Shown here: one piece after another, positions 40,867 through 53,584 of the stretch
Position numbering within the stretch: position 1 is the first letter of the stretch
Layout of the letters: each line of letters opens with the position of its first letter
NCBI GenBank assembly: GCA_963770565.1
Contig: CAVYQE010000001.1
Span: 544,001 to 608,000 of the forward strand
DNA from: an uncultured Actinomycetota bacterium
GTDB lineage: Bacteria > Actinomycetota > Actinomycetes > JAFAQI01
Direction: 5' to 3'
DNA length: 64,000 nt
Notes under the pieces: model-generated
Database searches by the model: none
What the model was told of the DNA's origin: nothing
Seen by the model: the letters and a program-made list of their open reading frames with translations, nothing else
Program-made: the position numbers and the translations under genes

Positions 40867-42354
40867 ATGGTTGGGCGGGGATCCGAGGAGCGTTCCGAGC
40901 AGGAGGCGGTACGCCTGGCGAAACTGCAGCGATTGCAGGCCGACGGCGTCGATGCGTACCCGGTCGGAGTTCCCCGTACGACGACCAACGCGGCATTGCG
41001 GGCTCGCTTCCCCGACCTTGCTCCTGACACCGCGACCGGTGAGCACGTTTCGGTGGTCGGGCGGGTGATGTTGAAGCGGGACGGCGGCAAGCTGTGTTTT
41101 GCCACCTTGCGGGACGGATCCGGCGAGGTGCAGGTCATGTTGTCCGTCGACCGGCTCGGCGCGGACCGGCTCGGCGACTGGAAGCGCGACATCGACCTCG
41201 GTGATCACGTCAGTGTCGACGGTGAGGTGATCGCGAGCCGCAGTGGTGAGCTCTCGGTGCTCGCCGACTCCTGGACGCTCGCGAGCAAGGCGCTGCGGCC
41301 GCTGCCGGAGAAGTGGCGCGGGCTGGCCGACCAGGAGGCTCGAGTCCGCCGGCGCTACCTCGACCTGCTGGTCAACCCGGACAGCCGGCGCTTCGTCGAG
41401 GCCCGTGCGACGGTGCTCCACTCGATCCGCCAGACCTTGAACGAGCGCGGGTTCCTCGAGGTCGAGACGCCGATGTTGCAGGTCATGCACGGCGGCGCGT
41501 CGGCGCGCCCGTTCGCGACCCATCTCAACGCCTTGGGCGAGCAGCGATTCCTGCGGATCGCGATCGAGCTGTGGTTGAAGCGGATGGTGGTCGGCGGATT
41601 CGAGCGGGTCTTCGAGATCGGCCGCAACTTCCGCAACGAAGGCGTCGACACCACGCACAGCCCGGAATTCACCATGCTCGAGGTGTACGAAGCCTTCGGC
41701 GACTACGACACGATGGCCGACCTCACCCGCGCGATCGTGCTCGATGCCGCCCGCGCCCTCGGCTCGACCGTGGTGCCGCGAACCGATGGCGGCGAGCTCG
41801 AGCTCGACCAGCCGTGGCGACGGCTGCCGATCTTCGAGGCAGTGAGCCAAGCGACCGGCGCATCGATCACACCGGACACCTCGATCGAAGATCTTCGCCG
41901 GATCTGCGGCGACCGTGAGATCGGCCTGCAGCCGGGGTGGAACGCCGGCGAGATCGTGCTCGAGATCTACGAGCAACTGGTCGAGCACACCTTGATCGAG
42001 CCGACCTTCGTTATGGACTATCCGGCCTCGGTGCGCCCACTCGCGCGACCACATCGTGACGATCCGCGACTGGCCGAGGCGTGGGACCTGGTGATCAACG
42101 GGGTCGAGCTGGCCCCGGCGTACTCCGAGCTGGTGGACCCGGTGGAGCAACGTCGCCGGCTGACCGAGCAGTCGGCCAAGGCCGCGGGTGGCGATCCGGA
42201 AGCGATGCAGCTGGACGAGGATTTCCTTCGCGCCCTCGAATACGGCGCACCGCCGATGGGCGGAATGGGTCTCGGTGTCGATCGACTGCTGATGTTGCTG
42301 ACCGGTGGAAACATTCGCGACGTGATCATCTTCCCGATGGTGCGCGGCGAATAG
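40867..42354 (+). CDS. lysS: Lysine--tRNA ligase (class II)
   Basis: OB-fold GKLCF, EVETPML, FRNEG...HSPEFTMLE and YGAPPMGGMGLGVDRL. Confidence 0.97.
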   Translation: MVGRGSEERSEQEAVRLAKLQRLQADGVDAYPVGVPRTTTNAALRARFPDLAPDTATGEHVSVVGRVMLKRDGGKLCFATLRDGSGEVQVMLSVDRLGADRLGDWKRDIDLGDHVSVDGEVIASRSGELSVLADSWTLASKALRPLPEKWRGLADQEARVRRRYLDLLVNPDSRRFVEARATVLHSIRQTLNERGFLEVETPMLQVMHGGASARPFATHLNALGEQRFLRIAIELWLKRMVVGGFERVFEIGRNFRNEGVDTTHSPEFTMLEVYEAFGDYDTMADLTRAIVLDAARALGSTVVPRTDGGELELDQPWRRLPIFEAVSQATGASITPDTSIEDLRRICGDREIGLQPGWNAGEIVLEIYEQLVEHTLIEPTFVMDYPASVRPLARPHRDDPRLAEAWDLVINGVELAPAYSELVDPVEQRRRLTEQSAKAAGGDPEAMQLDEDFLRALEYGAPPMGGMGLGVDRLLMLLTGGNIRDVIIFPMVRGE

Positions 42355-42445
42355 TCGCGAGCGCTTTACCCCTTACCGCTTTTCGGCGGGTGAAATTCGC
42401 TGCGCTAATGTGGGCGGAAACGTACTCGGGTGAGGGGAATTCACA

Positions 42446-42787
42446 ATGGCGCAGCGATTCCAGGTTCTGTTGGTTTGCGACCTGCACGGTGATGACACCG
42501 CAGGAGTCGAGACCGTGCGATTCGCTGTCGATGGTGCGGCGTACGAAATCGACGTCTGCGAGCGCCACGGCGCAAAGCTGCGCGAAGCATTCGCTCCGTA
42601 CGTCGCCGCCGGCCGCAGGGCCGGGCGGGCAGCGGGCGGCCCAGCGCGGCGCCGCGGCCAGCGTTCGGCAGGTGGCGTCGACTCCTCGGCCGTGCGCGCC
42701 TGGGCTCGTTCGCACAACATCAAGGTGAGCGAGCGGGGCCGGATCAGCGCCGACGTGCTCGCGCGCTACGCCGCGTCGAAGAAGTAG
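42446..42787 (+). CDS. lsr2: Nucleoid-associated protein Lsr2
   Basis: ETVRFAVDGAAYEID, VRAWAR and VSERGRI (RGR hook); located between lysS and clpC. Confidence 0.93.
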   Translation: MAQRFQVLLVCDLHGDDTAGVETVRFAVDGAAYEIDVCERHGAKLREAFAPYVAAGRRAGRAAGGPARRRGQRSAGGVDSSAVRAWARSHNIKVSERGRISADVLARYAASKK

Positions 42788-42971
42788 CGATTGCACCCGT
42801 CTGGCCGAAACAAGATTCCGCCAGCGGCTGAACCGGAATGGCATCCGGGCCGATGAGGTTGTATCTCGCGTAGCGGGTTCCGGATCGCGACCCATGTCTG
42901 AGTCGCGCCCGGGCTAGCATGCGGGTGAGGACAAGCGGGTTCCCCCGCGCCGCTTCGGCCGAGGAGCAGGC

Positions 42972-45502
<2,531 letters not shown>

Positions 45503-45506
<4 letters not shown>

Positions 45507-46168
45507 CCAGCCGCTTCGAGGGCAGCCCGCATCCGGTCGACGTGGTCACTGAACACGCCGTCGAGCCCGATCGCAAGCGACCGGTCGAGCGATGACCGCC
45601 GCTGCGCGTCGTACCCGAATGCCTGCATCCCCAGCGCGTGCACCTCGTCGACGAGCGGTCGGGTCCACCACAGCCACCGCGCGTTGACCGCTTCGGCACC
45701 GGCGGCGCGGGCCCGTGCGAGCACAGTCCGCCGCCGGCGGGAGCGGATCTCGTTGCCACGGATGGTCACCGCGCGATGGCCGGCCGCAAGGTGCTCGATG
45801 TACGCCGGATCCGATGCAACTACCCACAGCCGGGCGTCGGCGGCGTACTCCGCGGCCACGGCAGCGACCGAATCGGCGATGCCCTCGGACTTGACGTCGA
45901 TCGCGAGGTCGAAGTCGATGCCGCAGCGTTCGTAGAGCTCGGCGAGGGTCGGGATGTGCGCGGGGAGATCCGCGCGCCCCGCGGTTGCGATCGGGTCGCG
46001 GCGGTCCAAGCCGGCCAGGCCGTCGTGATCGAGGACGACCAACCCGTCGCGGGTGAGCCAGGCGTCTGTCTCGAGCCCTGGCGCGCCTTTGGCGAGCGCG
46101 GTCTCGAACGAGACCAGCGTGTTGTCAGGCCCGTGCGAGCCGCCCCGATGTGCGAACCCGTACCTCAT
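45503..46168 (-). CDS. Glycerophosphodiester phosphodiesterase family protein
   Basis: [27 protein letters not shown] and GVFSD; ATG 46168 overlaps the mutY stop. Confidence 0.85.
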
Positions 46169-47052
46169 GCCGGCAACCGGTATCGGCCCGGTCCGGCGGG
46201 CTGGACCAGCCCGTCGGCCAGCAGTCCGGCCAGTGCCCGCTCGCGCTGGACGTCGTCGTCCCACACGGCGTCGAGCTCGAGCCGCGGTACTGCGCCGGTG
46301 GCATCTCGGAGGACCGCCAGCAACCGGCCGCGCACCTGGCGGTCGGTCCCCGCATAGGTCTGCACCGGGCGGGTCCGGCCACCCTCCGGCCGGCCGGCCC
46401 GATACCACGCACAGGTCGAGCTGGTCGGGCATTGACCGCACGCCGGTGCGCGGGCGGTGCAGACCAGCGCGCCGAGCTCCATCACCGCGACGCTGTAGGC
46501 CGCCGGGTCCGCCAGCGGCACCCGGGCGAGGGCCGCCTCGCGTTCGGCCGTGGTCGGCGCGGAGGTCCTCGCGTCGGCCACGCCATCGAAGACCCGGGCG
46601 TAGACCCGCCGCACGTTGGTGTCGAGGACGGCATGGCGAGCGCCGAAGCCGAAGGTCGCGACCGCCGCCGCGGTGTAGGACCCGATGCCCGGAAGCGCTT
46701 GCAGCTCCTCGAGGCCGGCGGGTACGGCGCCGCCGTGGCGGTCGACGATCGCGACCGCGGCTTCGTGCAGTCGAAGTGCGCGGCGGGGGTAGCCGAGCCG
46801 CCCCCATGCGCGGACCGCCTCGCCAGGTGAGTCCGCGGCCAGGGCGGCCGGCGTCGGCCAACGCGCCAGCCACTGTTCCCAGCTCGGGATCACCCGCGTC
46901 GCCGGCGTCTGCTGGAGCATCACCTCGCTGACCAGGACGCCCCACGGGCTCACCCCCGCGGCCCGCCAGGGCAGGTCGCGGGCGTTCGCGGCGTACCAGG
47001 CGGTGACGGTGGCGGTGAACGACGATGCCATGACGGTCGGAGAGTCTGTCAC
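46165..47052 (-). CDS. mutY: A/G-specific adenine glycosylase (short actinobacterial form)
   Basis: RDLPWR, SEVMLQQT, LGYPRRA, HhH LPGIGSYTA, DTNVRRV and Fe-S motif CTARAPACGQCPTSSTC. Confidence 0.95.
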   Translation of the reverse strand: MTDSPTVMASSFTATVTAWYAANARDLPWRAAGVSPWGVLVSEVMLQQTPATRVIPSWEQWLARWPTPAALAADSPGEAVRAWGRLGYPRRALRLHEAAVAIVDRHGGAVPAGLEELQALPGIGSYTAAAVATFGFGARHAVLDTNVRRVYARVFDGVADARTSAPTTAEREAALARVPLADPAAYSVAVMELGALVCTARAPACGQCPTSSTCAWYRAGRPEGGRTRPVQTYAGTDRQVRGRLLAVLRDATGAVPRLELDAVWDDDVQRERALAGLLADGLVQPAGPGRYRLPA

Positions 47053-47096
47053 GAGGACGCCGGGGATTGGCCGGGCTGGACCTTACGATCAAGATC

Positions 47097-47690
47097 GTGA
47101 GCACCGTGCTCTGGCCGGTAGGTCCGCACGAGCCGCGGGTCTACTGGATCCGGCGCGGGGTGCTTCTGGTCGTCATCGTGGCCATCGTCGTCGTGCTGGT
47201 CAACCTGCTCTCGGGCGGCGGGTCCAAGAAGCCAACGACCGGGCACCACTCCTCGCCGACCCCGTCGACCTCGACCTCACCGCCGTCGACCCCGCCCGCT
47301 GTGGCGGCCTGCAATCCGAGCGTGATCACGCTCGTGCTGTCGACCAGCGCGTCCGGTTACACCTCGGGGGAGTCCGCCACGTTGATCGGTTCGTTCAGCA
47401 ACCCGTCGACCTCACCGTGCCGGCTGACCTCGACGCCGTCGAACGAAGCCTGGACGATCACCTCCGGTAGCGACCACATCTGGACCACGAAGGGCTGCCC
47501 GAGCACGCTGCCGGCGAAGACGATCAAGATCAAGGCGGGCGGGACGAAGACGATCACGACCGTCTGGGACGGTCACCGGCTCGATACCGGGTGCGCCGCG
47601 GGCAGCGCGGCGCTTCCGGGTGAGTACGTGTTGCACGCGACGCTGGACGGCATCAAGGGCAAGCCCGCGGTGTTCCACGTCACGTCGTAG
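47097..47690 (+). CDS. Membrane-anchored Pro/Ser/Thr-rich protein (Rv3587c-like)
   Basis: PVGP...VYWIRR, then a TM, a P/S/T linker and a Cys-containing beta domain; usual neighbour of disA/mutY. Confidence 0.75.
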   Translation: MSTVLWPVGPHEPRVYWIRRGVLLVVIVAIVVVLVNLLSGGGSKKPTTGHHSSPTPSTSTSPPSTPPAVAACNPSVITLVLSTSASGYTSGESATLIGSFSNPSTSPCRLTSTPSNEAWTITSGSDHIWTTKGCPSTLPAKTIKIKAGGTKTITTVWDGHRLDTGCAAGSAALPGEYVLHATLDGIKGKPAVFHVTS

Positions 47691-47734
47691 CACGCGAATT
47701 GTTCTGAACCGGGCGGATTCGGGCGGGCTGCCCG

Positions 47735-47763
47735 CTCAAGCACCTTCGGTTCAGCGACGACAC
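47735..47763 (+). promoter_or_regulatory. Possible sigma28 (FliA/WhiG)-type promoter for cheB
   Basis: CTCAAG-N15-GACGACAC ending 7 nt before GTG 47771; no SD sequence. Confidence 0.4.
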
Positions 47764-47770
47764 CTCAACA

Positions 47771-48979
47771 GTGAGCGCGCAGCCGGAGAGCCCAGCTCCG
47801 GTCTCCATCGTGGTCGTTGACGACTCCGCGACCCAACGACGCTTCATTCGTACCGCGTTGTCCGCGGACCCGACCCTCGAGGTGGTCGGCGAGGCCCGGA
47901 CCGGCCGTGACGCGGTTGCCCTCGTCGAGCGGCTGCGCCCGTCCGTCGTCCTGATGGACCTGCACCTGCCGGTGATGGACGGCATCCAGGCGATCGAGCG
48001 GATCATGGCCACCCGGCCGACCCCGATCGTGGTCTACTCCTCGTTCGTCGACGGGATGGACCGCGACAACGCCGCCTCGGCGTACTCGGCCGGTGCCGTC
48101 GATGTGATCGCCAAGCCCGGCCCGCACGACAGCGGCCGGCTCGAGGCGTACGCCGAAGTGCTCTGCCAGCGGCTGAAGGTGGCCGGCCGGGTCCGGGTGA
48201 TCACCCACCCGCGCGGTCGGCTCGGCATGTCGGGTACGGCGCTGACCACGCTGAGGCTCGACGCGCCACCGGGGAGTACGGGCGAGGGGCGCGGCCGGGC
48301 CCGTGAGGCCGGCCAGCCGCGAGGATCGCACTCGCGCCGGGCGTCCGCGCCACCACGACGGATCGACCCGGCCGAACTGCGCGAGGTCAAGGTGCTGGCG
48401 ATCGGTGCGTCGACCGGCGGCCCGCAGGCGCTCGCGATGCTGCTGTCCGGACTCTCGCCCGACACGACGGCCGCGATCGTCGTGGTCCAGCACATGGCGG
48501 ACGGCTTCATGGAGGGGTTGGCGTCCTGGCTGAACGACGTCTGCCCGCTCCCGGTCGAACTCGGCGCGAACGGCAAGCGGATGGTGCCCGGCACCGTGAC
48601 GATCGCTCCGAGCGGCCTGAACCTCGTCGTCCACGACCGGTTGCGACTGACCACGCACGACCCTGAGCCGGGGCAGTACCACGTCCCTGGCATCGACGCG
48701 ACGTTCTCCTCGGTAGCGCAGGCCTATGGCGCGGCCGCGGTCGGGGTGTTGCTGACCGGGATGGGGCGTGACGGCGCGCGCGGGCTCAAGCGGATGCGGG
48801 ACCACGGCGCGTTGACCCTCGTGCAGGACGAGTCGACCAGCGCGGTGTACGGAATGCCGGCCGCGGCGATGTCCGCCGGCGCGGTCGACGTCCAGCTGCC
48901 GCTACCTGAGATCTGCTCGGCGGTCTATCGGTTGTTGGAGACCGGGTCACTGGCCACGGACGAGGATGGCTCGGGATGA
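47771..48979 (+). CDS. cheB: Chemotaxis response regulator protein-glutamate methylesterase
   Basis: REC domain (VVDDS, LMDLHLPVMDG, AKP) plus catalytic GASTGG, VQHM and LTGMGRDG. Confidence 0.95.
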   Translation: MSAQPESPAPVSIVVVDDSATQRRFIRTALSADPTLEVVGEARTGRDAVALVERLRPSVVLMDLHLPVMDGIQAIERIMATRPTPIVVYSSFVDGMDRDNAASAYSAGAVDVIAKPGPHDSGRLEAYAEVLCQRLKVAGRVRVITHPRGRLGMSGTALTTLRLDAPPGSTGEGRGRAREAGQPRGSHSRRASAPPRRIDPAELREVKVLAIGASTGGPQALAMLLSGLSPDTTAAIVVVQHMADGFMEGLASWLNDVCPLPVELGANGKRMVPGTVTIAPSGLNLVVHDRLRLTTHDPEPGQYHVPGIDATFSSVAQAYGAAAVGVLLTGMGRDGARGLKRMRDHGALTLVQDESTSAVYGMPAAAMSAGAVDVQLPLPEICSAVYRLLETGSLATDEDGSG

Positions 48980-50433
48980 CCCGCGTCGTACTGAGCGACT
49001 ACGAGTTCGCCTCGATCGCGAGCCTGCTGCACGACGCGGCCGGCCTCACCTTCGACGAGTCGCGGCGCGACTCGCTCACCTTCAGCGTCGCCGAGCGGAT
49101 GAACGTCACCGGCGCCCCCGACGTGGCGGCGTACCTCGCGATCCTCATCGACCCCGACGGGGCGTCGGAGCGGCAGGCGCTCATCGACGAGGTGACGATC
49201 CCGGAGACCCACTTCTTCCGCAATCCGCCGCAGGTTCGCGCGCTGCGGACGTACGTGCTGCCGGAACTGCTGCGGCAGGCGGCCGCGGGCCGGCGGTTGC
49301 GGATCTGGAGTGCCGGGTGCTCGACCGGCGAGGAGGCCTACACGGTCGCGATCCTGATCCGTGAGCTGCTCCCGCCGAACGCCGACTGGGACGTCAAGGT
49401 GATCGCGACGGACGTGTCGAAGCGGGCGCTCGCGACCGCCGGCGCAGCGCACTACTCGGAGCGCTCGTTCGTCATGACCGACCCGCTCGATCTCGCCCGC
49501 TGGTTCGTCCTCGACACCGAGAGCGGCTGCTGGGTCGTCCGCGACGAGGTCCGGGAGCTGGTCGAGTTCCGCCACCACAACCTGGTGACCGACCACCCGC
49601 CGTTCGAGCTCGATCAGGCCGACCTGATCCTCTGCCGGAACGTGACGATCTACTTCGACCGCGAGACCACCCGGCGGCTGATGAAGCGGCTGCACAACCG
49701 GCTCCGCGACGGCGGCTACCTGTTCCTCGGGCACGCCGAGACGCTGTGGCAGATCAGCGACGACTTCTCGCTGGTGTCGCTGGGCGATGCCTTTGTCTAC
49801 CGCCGGCTCGAGCAGCCCACCGAGGGCGAGAAGCGGCGCTGGGTGCTGCGTGACCGCCGGACCGAGGACGAGCTCCGTCCGACCCGGGCCGACCGTCGCC
49901 GCGGCGACGCCGACCGGCGCGGGCGTGCCTCGCGCGAGGTTCCGGCGCCGCGTCGCTCCGAGGCCGAACTGCTGCTGTCCGACGTCGAACCGGTCCCGCC
50001 CTCGCCGACCCGTGACCCGCTCGACGCGGTCCGGGTAGCGATTGCCCAAGGCCGGTACGCCGAGGCCGCCGACCTGGCCGGCGAAGTCGTCGCGGCCACG
50101 CCGCTGTGGGCGCAGGCGCACTATCTACAGGGCGTTGCGCTCACCAACCTCGGCCGGGATGCCGATGCTCTGGTCGTGCTGCGAAAGGCCGTCTACCTCG
50201 ACCCCGACCATGGCTTCGCCCATTTCCTGCTCGGCGGTGCGCTCGATCGCCTCGACGAGCCGGTCGCGGCGTCGCGGTCGTACCGGGCCGCCGCGAACAC
50301 GCTCGGCCGGCGCCCGATGGACGGTGTGGCCGCCGAGCTCGGTGGCCGGAGCGTGGTCGAGCTCGCCGACCTCTGCGACCAGCTGGCCCGCCGCGCCGAT
50401 GCGGCATCCAAGGCCCAGGAGCGCTCGCCGTGA
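48976..50433 (+). CDS. cheR: Protein-glutamate O-methyltransferase with C-terminal TPR domain (WspC/FrzF-like architecture)
   Basis: TIPETHFFRN, IWSAGCSTGEEAY, CRNVTIYFD and GYLFLGHAE; TPR-like helices AHYLQG...LRKAVYLDPDHGFAHFLLG. Confidence 0.93.
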   Translation: MTRVVLSDYEFASIASLLHDAAGLTFDESRRDSLTFSVAERMNVTGAPDVAAYLAILIDPDGASERQALIDEVTIPETHFFRNPPQVRALRTYVLPELLRQAAAGRRLRIWSAGCSTGEEAYTVAILIRELLPPNADWDVKVIATDVSKRALATAGAAHYSERSFVMTDPLDLARWFVLDTESGCWVVRDEVRELVEFRHHNLVTDHPPFELDQADLILCRNVTIYFDRETTRRLMKRLHNRLRDGGYLFLGHAETLWQISDDFSLVSLGDAFVYRRLEQPTEGEKRRWVLRDRRTEDELRPTRADRRRGDADRRGRASREVPAPRRSEAELLLSDVEPVPPSPTRDPLDAVRVAIAQGRYAEAADLAGEVVAATPLWAQAHYLQGVALTNLGRDADALVVLRKAVYLDPDHGFAHFLLGGALDRLDEPVAASRSYRAAANTLGRRPMDGVAAELGGRSVVELADLCDQLARRADAASKAQERSP

Positions 50434-50885
50434 CCCCCGGATACGTGATGTTCCGGGTCGCTGATCAGGCCTTCGCGCTCTCGCTCAGCGACACCCGCGA
50501 GATCGTACGACTGCACGGGCTCGAGCATCTGCCCGGCACCCGGCCGCCGATGGCCGGCGTCATCACCTTGCGTGGCAACCCGCTGCCGGTGCTCGATCTT
50601 CGCGGTCCGGACGCGCCCGACGACCGCGGCGACGTCCTGGTGATGGAGGTCGCGGGTGATCCGGTCGGCGTGGCCGTCGACGAGGTCATCGCGGTGCTGT
50701 CCGCGAAGGACCTGCCGGCTGCCGCGGAGCCGCCGGCCAAGACCTTGCCGTCGTACGTGATCGGGCTTCGTCGTAGCGCGAGTGGGCCGGTGCTTCTCGT
50801 CGACCTGCAGCGCATGCTCGACGTCACCGCCGAGGGCTGGGCCGACACCCTGCCCGGTGGTAGCTCTTCGGTCCTCGCGTCCTGA
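50430..50885 (+). CDS. cheW: CheW adaptor protein
   Basis: FRVADQAFAL, REIV, GVITLRGNPLPVLDL and GVAVDEV; GTG overlaps the cheR stop. Confidence 0.9.
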   Translation: MTPGYVMFRVADQAFALSLSDTREIVRLHGLEHLPGTRPPMAGVITLRGNPLPVLDLRGPDAPDDRGDVLVMEVAGDPVGVAVDEVIAVLSAKDLPAAAEPPAKTLPSYVIGLRRSASGPVLLVDLQRMLDVTAEGWADTLPGGSSSVLAS

Positions 50886-50900
50886 CCGCTTCGCGGAAGC

Positions 50901-51992
50901 TCAGACGTAGCGTTCGAGGATCGACGACTCGGCCAGCCGCGACAGGCCCTCCCGCACCGAGCGAGCCCGGGTGTCGCCGACGCCTTCGACGAGCTGCAGG
51001 TCGTCGATCGAGGCGGCAAGCAGCTTCTGCAGCCCGCCGAAGTGCTCGACCAGGCGGTCGACGACCGCGGGTGGCAGCCGCGGGACCCGGGCCAGCAGCC
51101 GGTAGCCGCGCGGCGAGACGGCGTTGTCGAGTACGTCGGAGCTCGCACCGAAACCGCACACCCGGGCGATGACGGCGAGGTCGAGCAGGTCGGTGGCCGA
51201 GACGTTGTCGAGGTCGGCCCGGACGTCGGCCACGGTGCGAGGCTTGCGGCCGTGCTGGGTCGGCAGGTAGTCGCGCACGATCAGGTCGCGCTCCTGCGTG
51301 ACGCCGGCCATCAGCTCGTCGAGCTGCAGCGACAGCAAGCGGCCGTCGGTGCCGAGCTCGACGACGTACCCCTCGATCTCCGAGGCGATCCGCAGCACCA
51401 TCTCGAGCCGCTGCGTCACCGCGACCGCGTCGCGGACCGTGACCAGGTCTTCGATCTCGAGTGCCGACAGCGTGCCGTTGACCTCGTCGAGGCGCATCTT
51501 GTAGCGCTCGAGCGTGGCGAGCGCCTGGTTGGCACGGGACAGGATTGCCGCGGAGTTGTCCAGGACGTAACGGCGACCTTCGACGTACAGCGCGATGATC
51601 TGCATCGACTGGCTCACGCTGACCACGGGGTATCCGGTCTGCTTTGCCACTCGCTCCGCGGTGCGGTGCCGGGTGCCGGACTCGTCGGTCGGGATGGTGG
51701 GGTCAGGCACCAGGTGGGTCGCCGCCCACACGATCTTGGTCAACGAGTCGTCGAGCACGACCGCGCCGTCCATCTTGGCCAGTTCGCGCAGCCGGGTGGA
51801 CGACAGCTCCACGTCGAGCGGGAACCCGCCGGTGCACAGCGACTCGACCGTCTTGTCGTAGCCGAACACGATCAGCGCACCGGTGTGACCGCGCAGGATC
51901 CGCTCAAGGCCGTCGCGAAGCGCGGTCCCGGGAGCGATCTGGGCGAGAGTTGCGCGCAGCTGTTCGCCGTCGGGTCGGTCGGAGGTTGCCAC
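50901..51992 (-). CDS. disA: DNA integrity scanning diadenylate cyclase
   Basis: [17 protein letters not shown] and C-terminal HhH VEGVG. Confidence 0.97.
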   Translation of the reverse strand: MATSDRPDGEQLRATLAQIAPGTALRDGLERILRGHTGALIVFGYDKTVESLCTGGFPLDVELSSTRLRELAKMDGAVVLDDSLTKIVWAATHLVPDPTIPTDESGTRHRTAERVAKQTGYPVVSVSQSMQIIALYVEGRRYVLDNSAAILSRANQALATLERYKMRLDEVNGTLSALEIEDLVTVRDAVAVTQRLEMVLRIASEIEGYVVELGTDGRLLSLQLDELMAGVTQERDLIVRDYLPTQHGRKPRTVADVRADLDNVSATDLLDLAVIARVCGFGASSDVLDNAVSPRGYRLLARVPRLPPAVVDRLVEHFGGLQKLLAASIDDLQLVEGVGDTRARSVREGLSRLAESSILERYV

Positions 51993-52069
51993 CGGACTCC
52001 TCGTCGCGCGCTCGATGAAGGCGACTTTGAGTCTACGGGCGACTGCGGTCCGCTCTGGTCACCGTGCGG

Positions 52070-53476
52070 TCACGATGGCGCCGGGCTTGCGGGTACGACA
52101 TCGCGGCGTGCAGACGAGCTGAGCCGGGCCACTGCGCGCACGGCCTCCGCGAGGTCGGCGGCCTCGATGACGTCGAGCTGGCTGTGGGTGCTGCCGCAGT
52201 TGCGTGGCACGAGCACGGTGGTGAAGCCGAGCCGGGCGGCTTCGGCCAGCCGGGCGCGGACGGCCGAGACCGGGCGGAGCTCACCCGCTAGGCCGACCTC
52301 GCCGATCGCCACCAGCCCCGGGCTGAGGGCTTTGTCGCGTAGCGATCCGGCGATCGCCAGCGCAAGGGCAAGATCGGCCGCGGGCTCCGCGAGGCGTACG
52401 CCCCCGACGGTCGCCGCGTAGACCTCGCGACGGGACAGCTTGAGTCCCAGCCGGCGCTCGAGCACCGCGAGCAGCATCGCGATCCGCTGCCCGTCGAGAC
52501 CGCTGGTCGCGCGCCGCGGGGTCATCGGCTGCTCCTCACCGACCAGTGCCTGGACCTCGGTCAACAGCGCGCGCCGACCCTCCATCGTGACCGTCACGCA
52601 GGTGCCGGGAACCGGAGCCGTGCCGTGGGCGAGGAACAGCCCGGATGGGTCGGGCAGGCCGACGATGCCTTCGTCGCTCAGGTCGAAGCAGCCGACCTCG
52701 TCGGCCGGCCCGAAGCGGTTCTTCACCGTTCGCACCAGGCGCAGCCGCGAGTGCCGGTCGCCTTCGAACGACAGCACCGTGTCGACCAGGTGCTCGAGCG
52801 TGCGCGGTCCCGCGATCGCGCCGTCCTTGGTGACGTGCCCGACGAGCAGCACCGCGATGCCGCGCGACTTCGCCACCCGGATCAGCGCAGTCGCGACCTC
52901 ACGGACCTGCGCCACCCCGCCGGCCGACCCGTCGATGCCGGCGGACGCGATGGTCTGCACCGAATCGACGATCAGGACAGCGGGTTGCACTGCGTCGACG
53001 TGACCCAGCACCGCCGACAGGTCGGTCTCGGCGGCGAGGTAGAGGTGGTCGGCGAGTGCCTTGATCCGGCCGGCCCGCATCCGGACCTGCGCCGCGGACT
53101 CCTCGCCGGTGATCAGCAGGCAGGTCGAGCCGCCGGCGGCGATCCGGGCGGCGGCGCTGACCAGCAGCGTGGACTTGCCGACGCCAGGCTCGCCGGCGAC
53201 CAGGACCACTGATCCGGGCACCAGCCCGCCACCGAGAACCCGATCGAGCTCAGGCTCGCCGGTGGGCCGGTGCTGGGCGTCGTGCGCGGGAACGTCCGCG
53301 ATCGGCAGTGCGGCGGTCGTCACCGGCCCGGCAACCACGGTCAGCCCGGGCCGCGCGCCGACCTCGAGCACGCTGCCCCAGGCCTGGCACTCCGGGCACC
53401 GGCCGACCCACTTCGCCACCTCGAGCCCGCATTCCTCGCACCGATATGCCGGCCGGGTCGCGGCCTTGGTCGCCAT
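52070..53476 (-). CDS. radA: DNA repair protein RadA/Sms
   Basis: CEECG...CPEC zinc ribbon, GEPGVGKST, KNRFG and Lon-like C-terminus. Confidence 0.97.
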   Translation of the reverse strand: MATKAATRPAYRCEECGLEVAKWVGRCPECQAWGSVLEVGARPGLTVVAGPVTTAALPIADVPAHDAQHRPTGEPELDRVLGGGLVPGSVVLVAGEPGVGKSTLLVSAAARIAAGGSTCLLITGEESAAQVRMRAGRIKALADHLYLAAETDLSAVLGHVDAVQPAVLIVDSVQTIASAGIDGSAGGVAQVREVATALIRVAKSRGIAVLLVGHVTKDGAIAGPRTLEHLVDTVLSFEGDRHSRLRLVRTVKNRFGPADEVGCFDLSDEGIVGLPDPSGLFLAHGTAPVPGTCVTVTMEGRRALLTEVQALVGEEQPMTPRRATSGLDGQRIAMLLAVLERRLGLKLSRREVYAATVGGVRLAEPAADLALALAIAGSLRDKALSPGLVAIGEVGLAGELRPVSAVRARLAEAARLGFTTVLVPRNCGSTHSQLDVIEAADLAEAVRAVARLSSSARRDVVPASPAPS

Positions 53477-53584
53477 GGGGTGACGCTAGATCCGGCGTAC
53501 GACGGTTTGCCATCGCGACGCGCCGCTGTGGACGACCGTCCTGGACAGGCACTTCGGCTCGTGCCCTGCCGGCCCAGCCGAGGC

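Noticed and set aside
38766-41192. 808-aa minus-strand ORF (and similar long ORFs such as 21670-23625, 3756-5111, 8017-9516)
   Set aside because: Antisense or off-frame shadows of well-supported genes, expected in ~70% GC DNA; no recognisable motifs.
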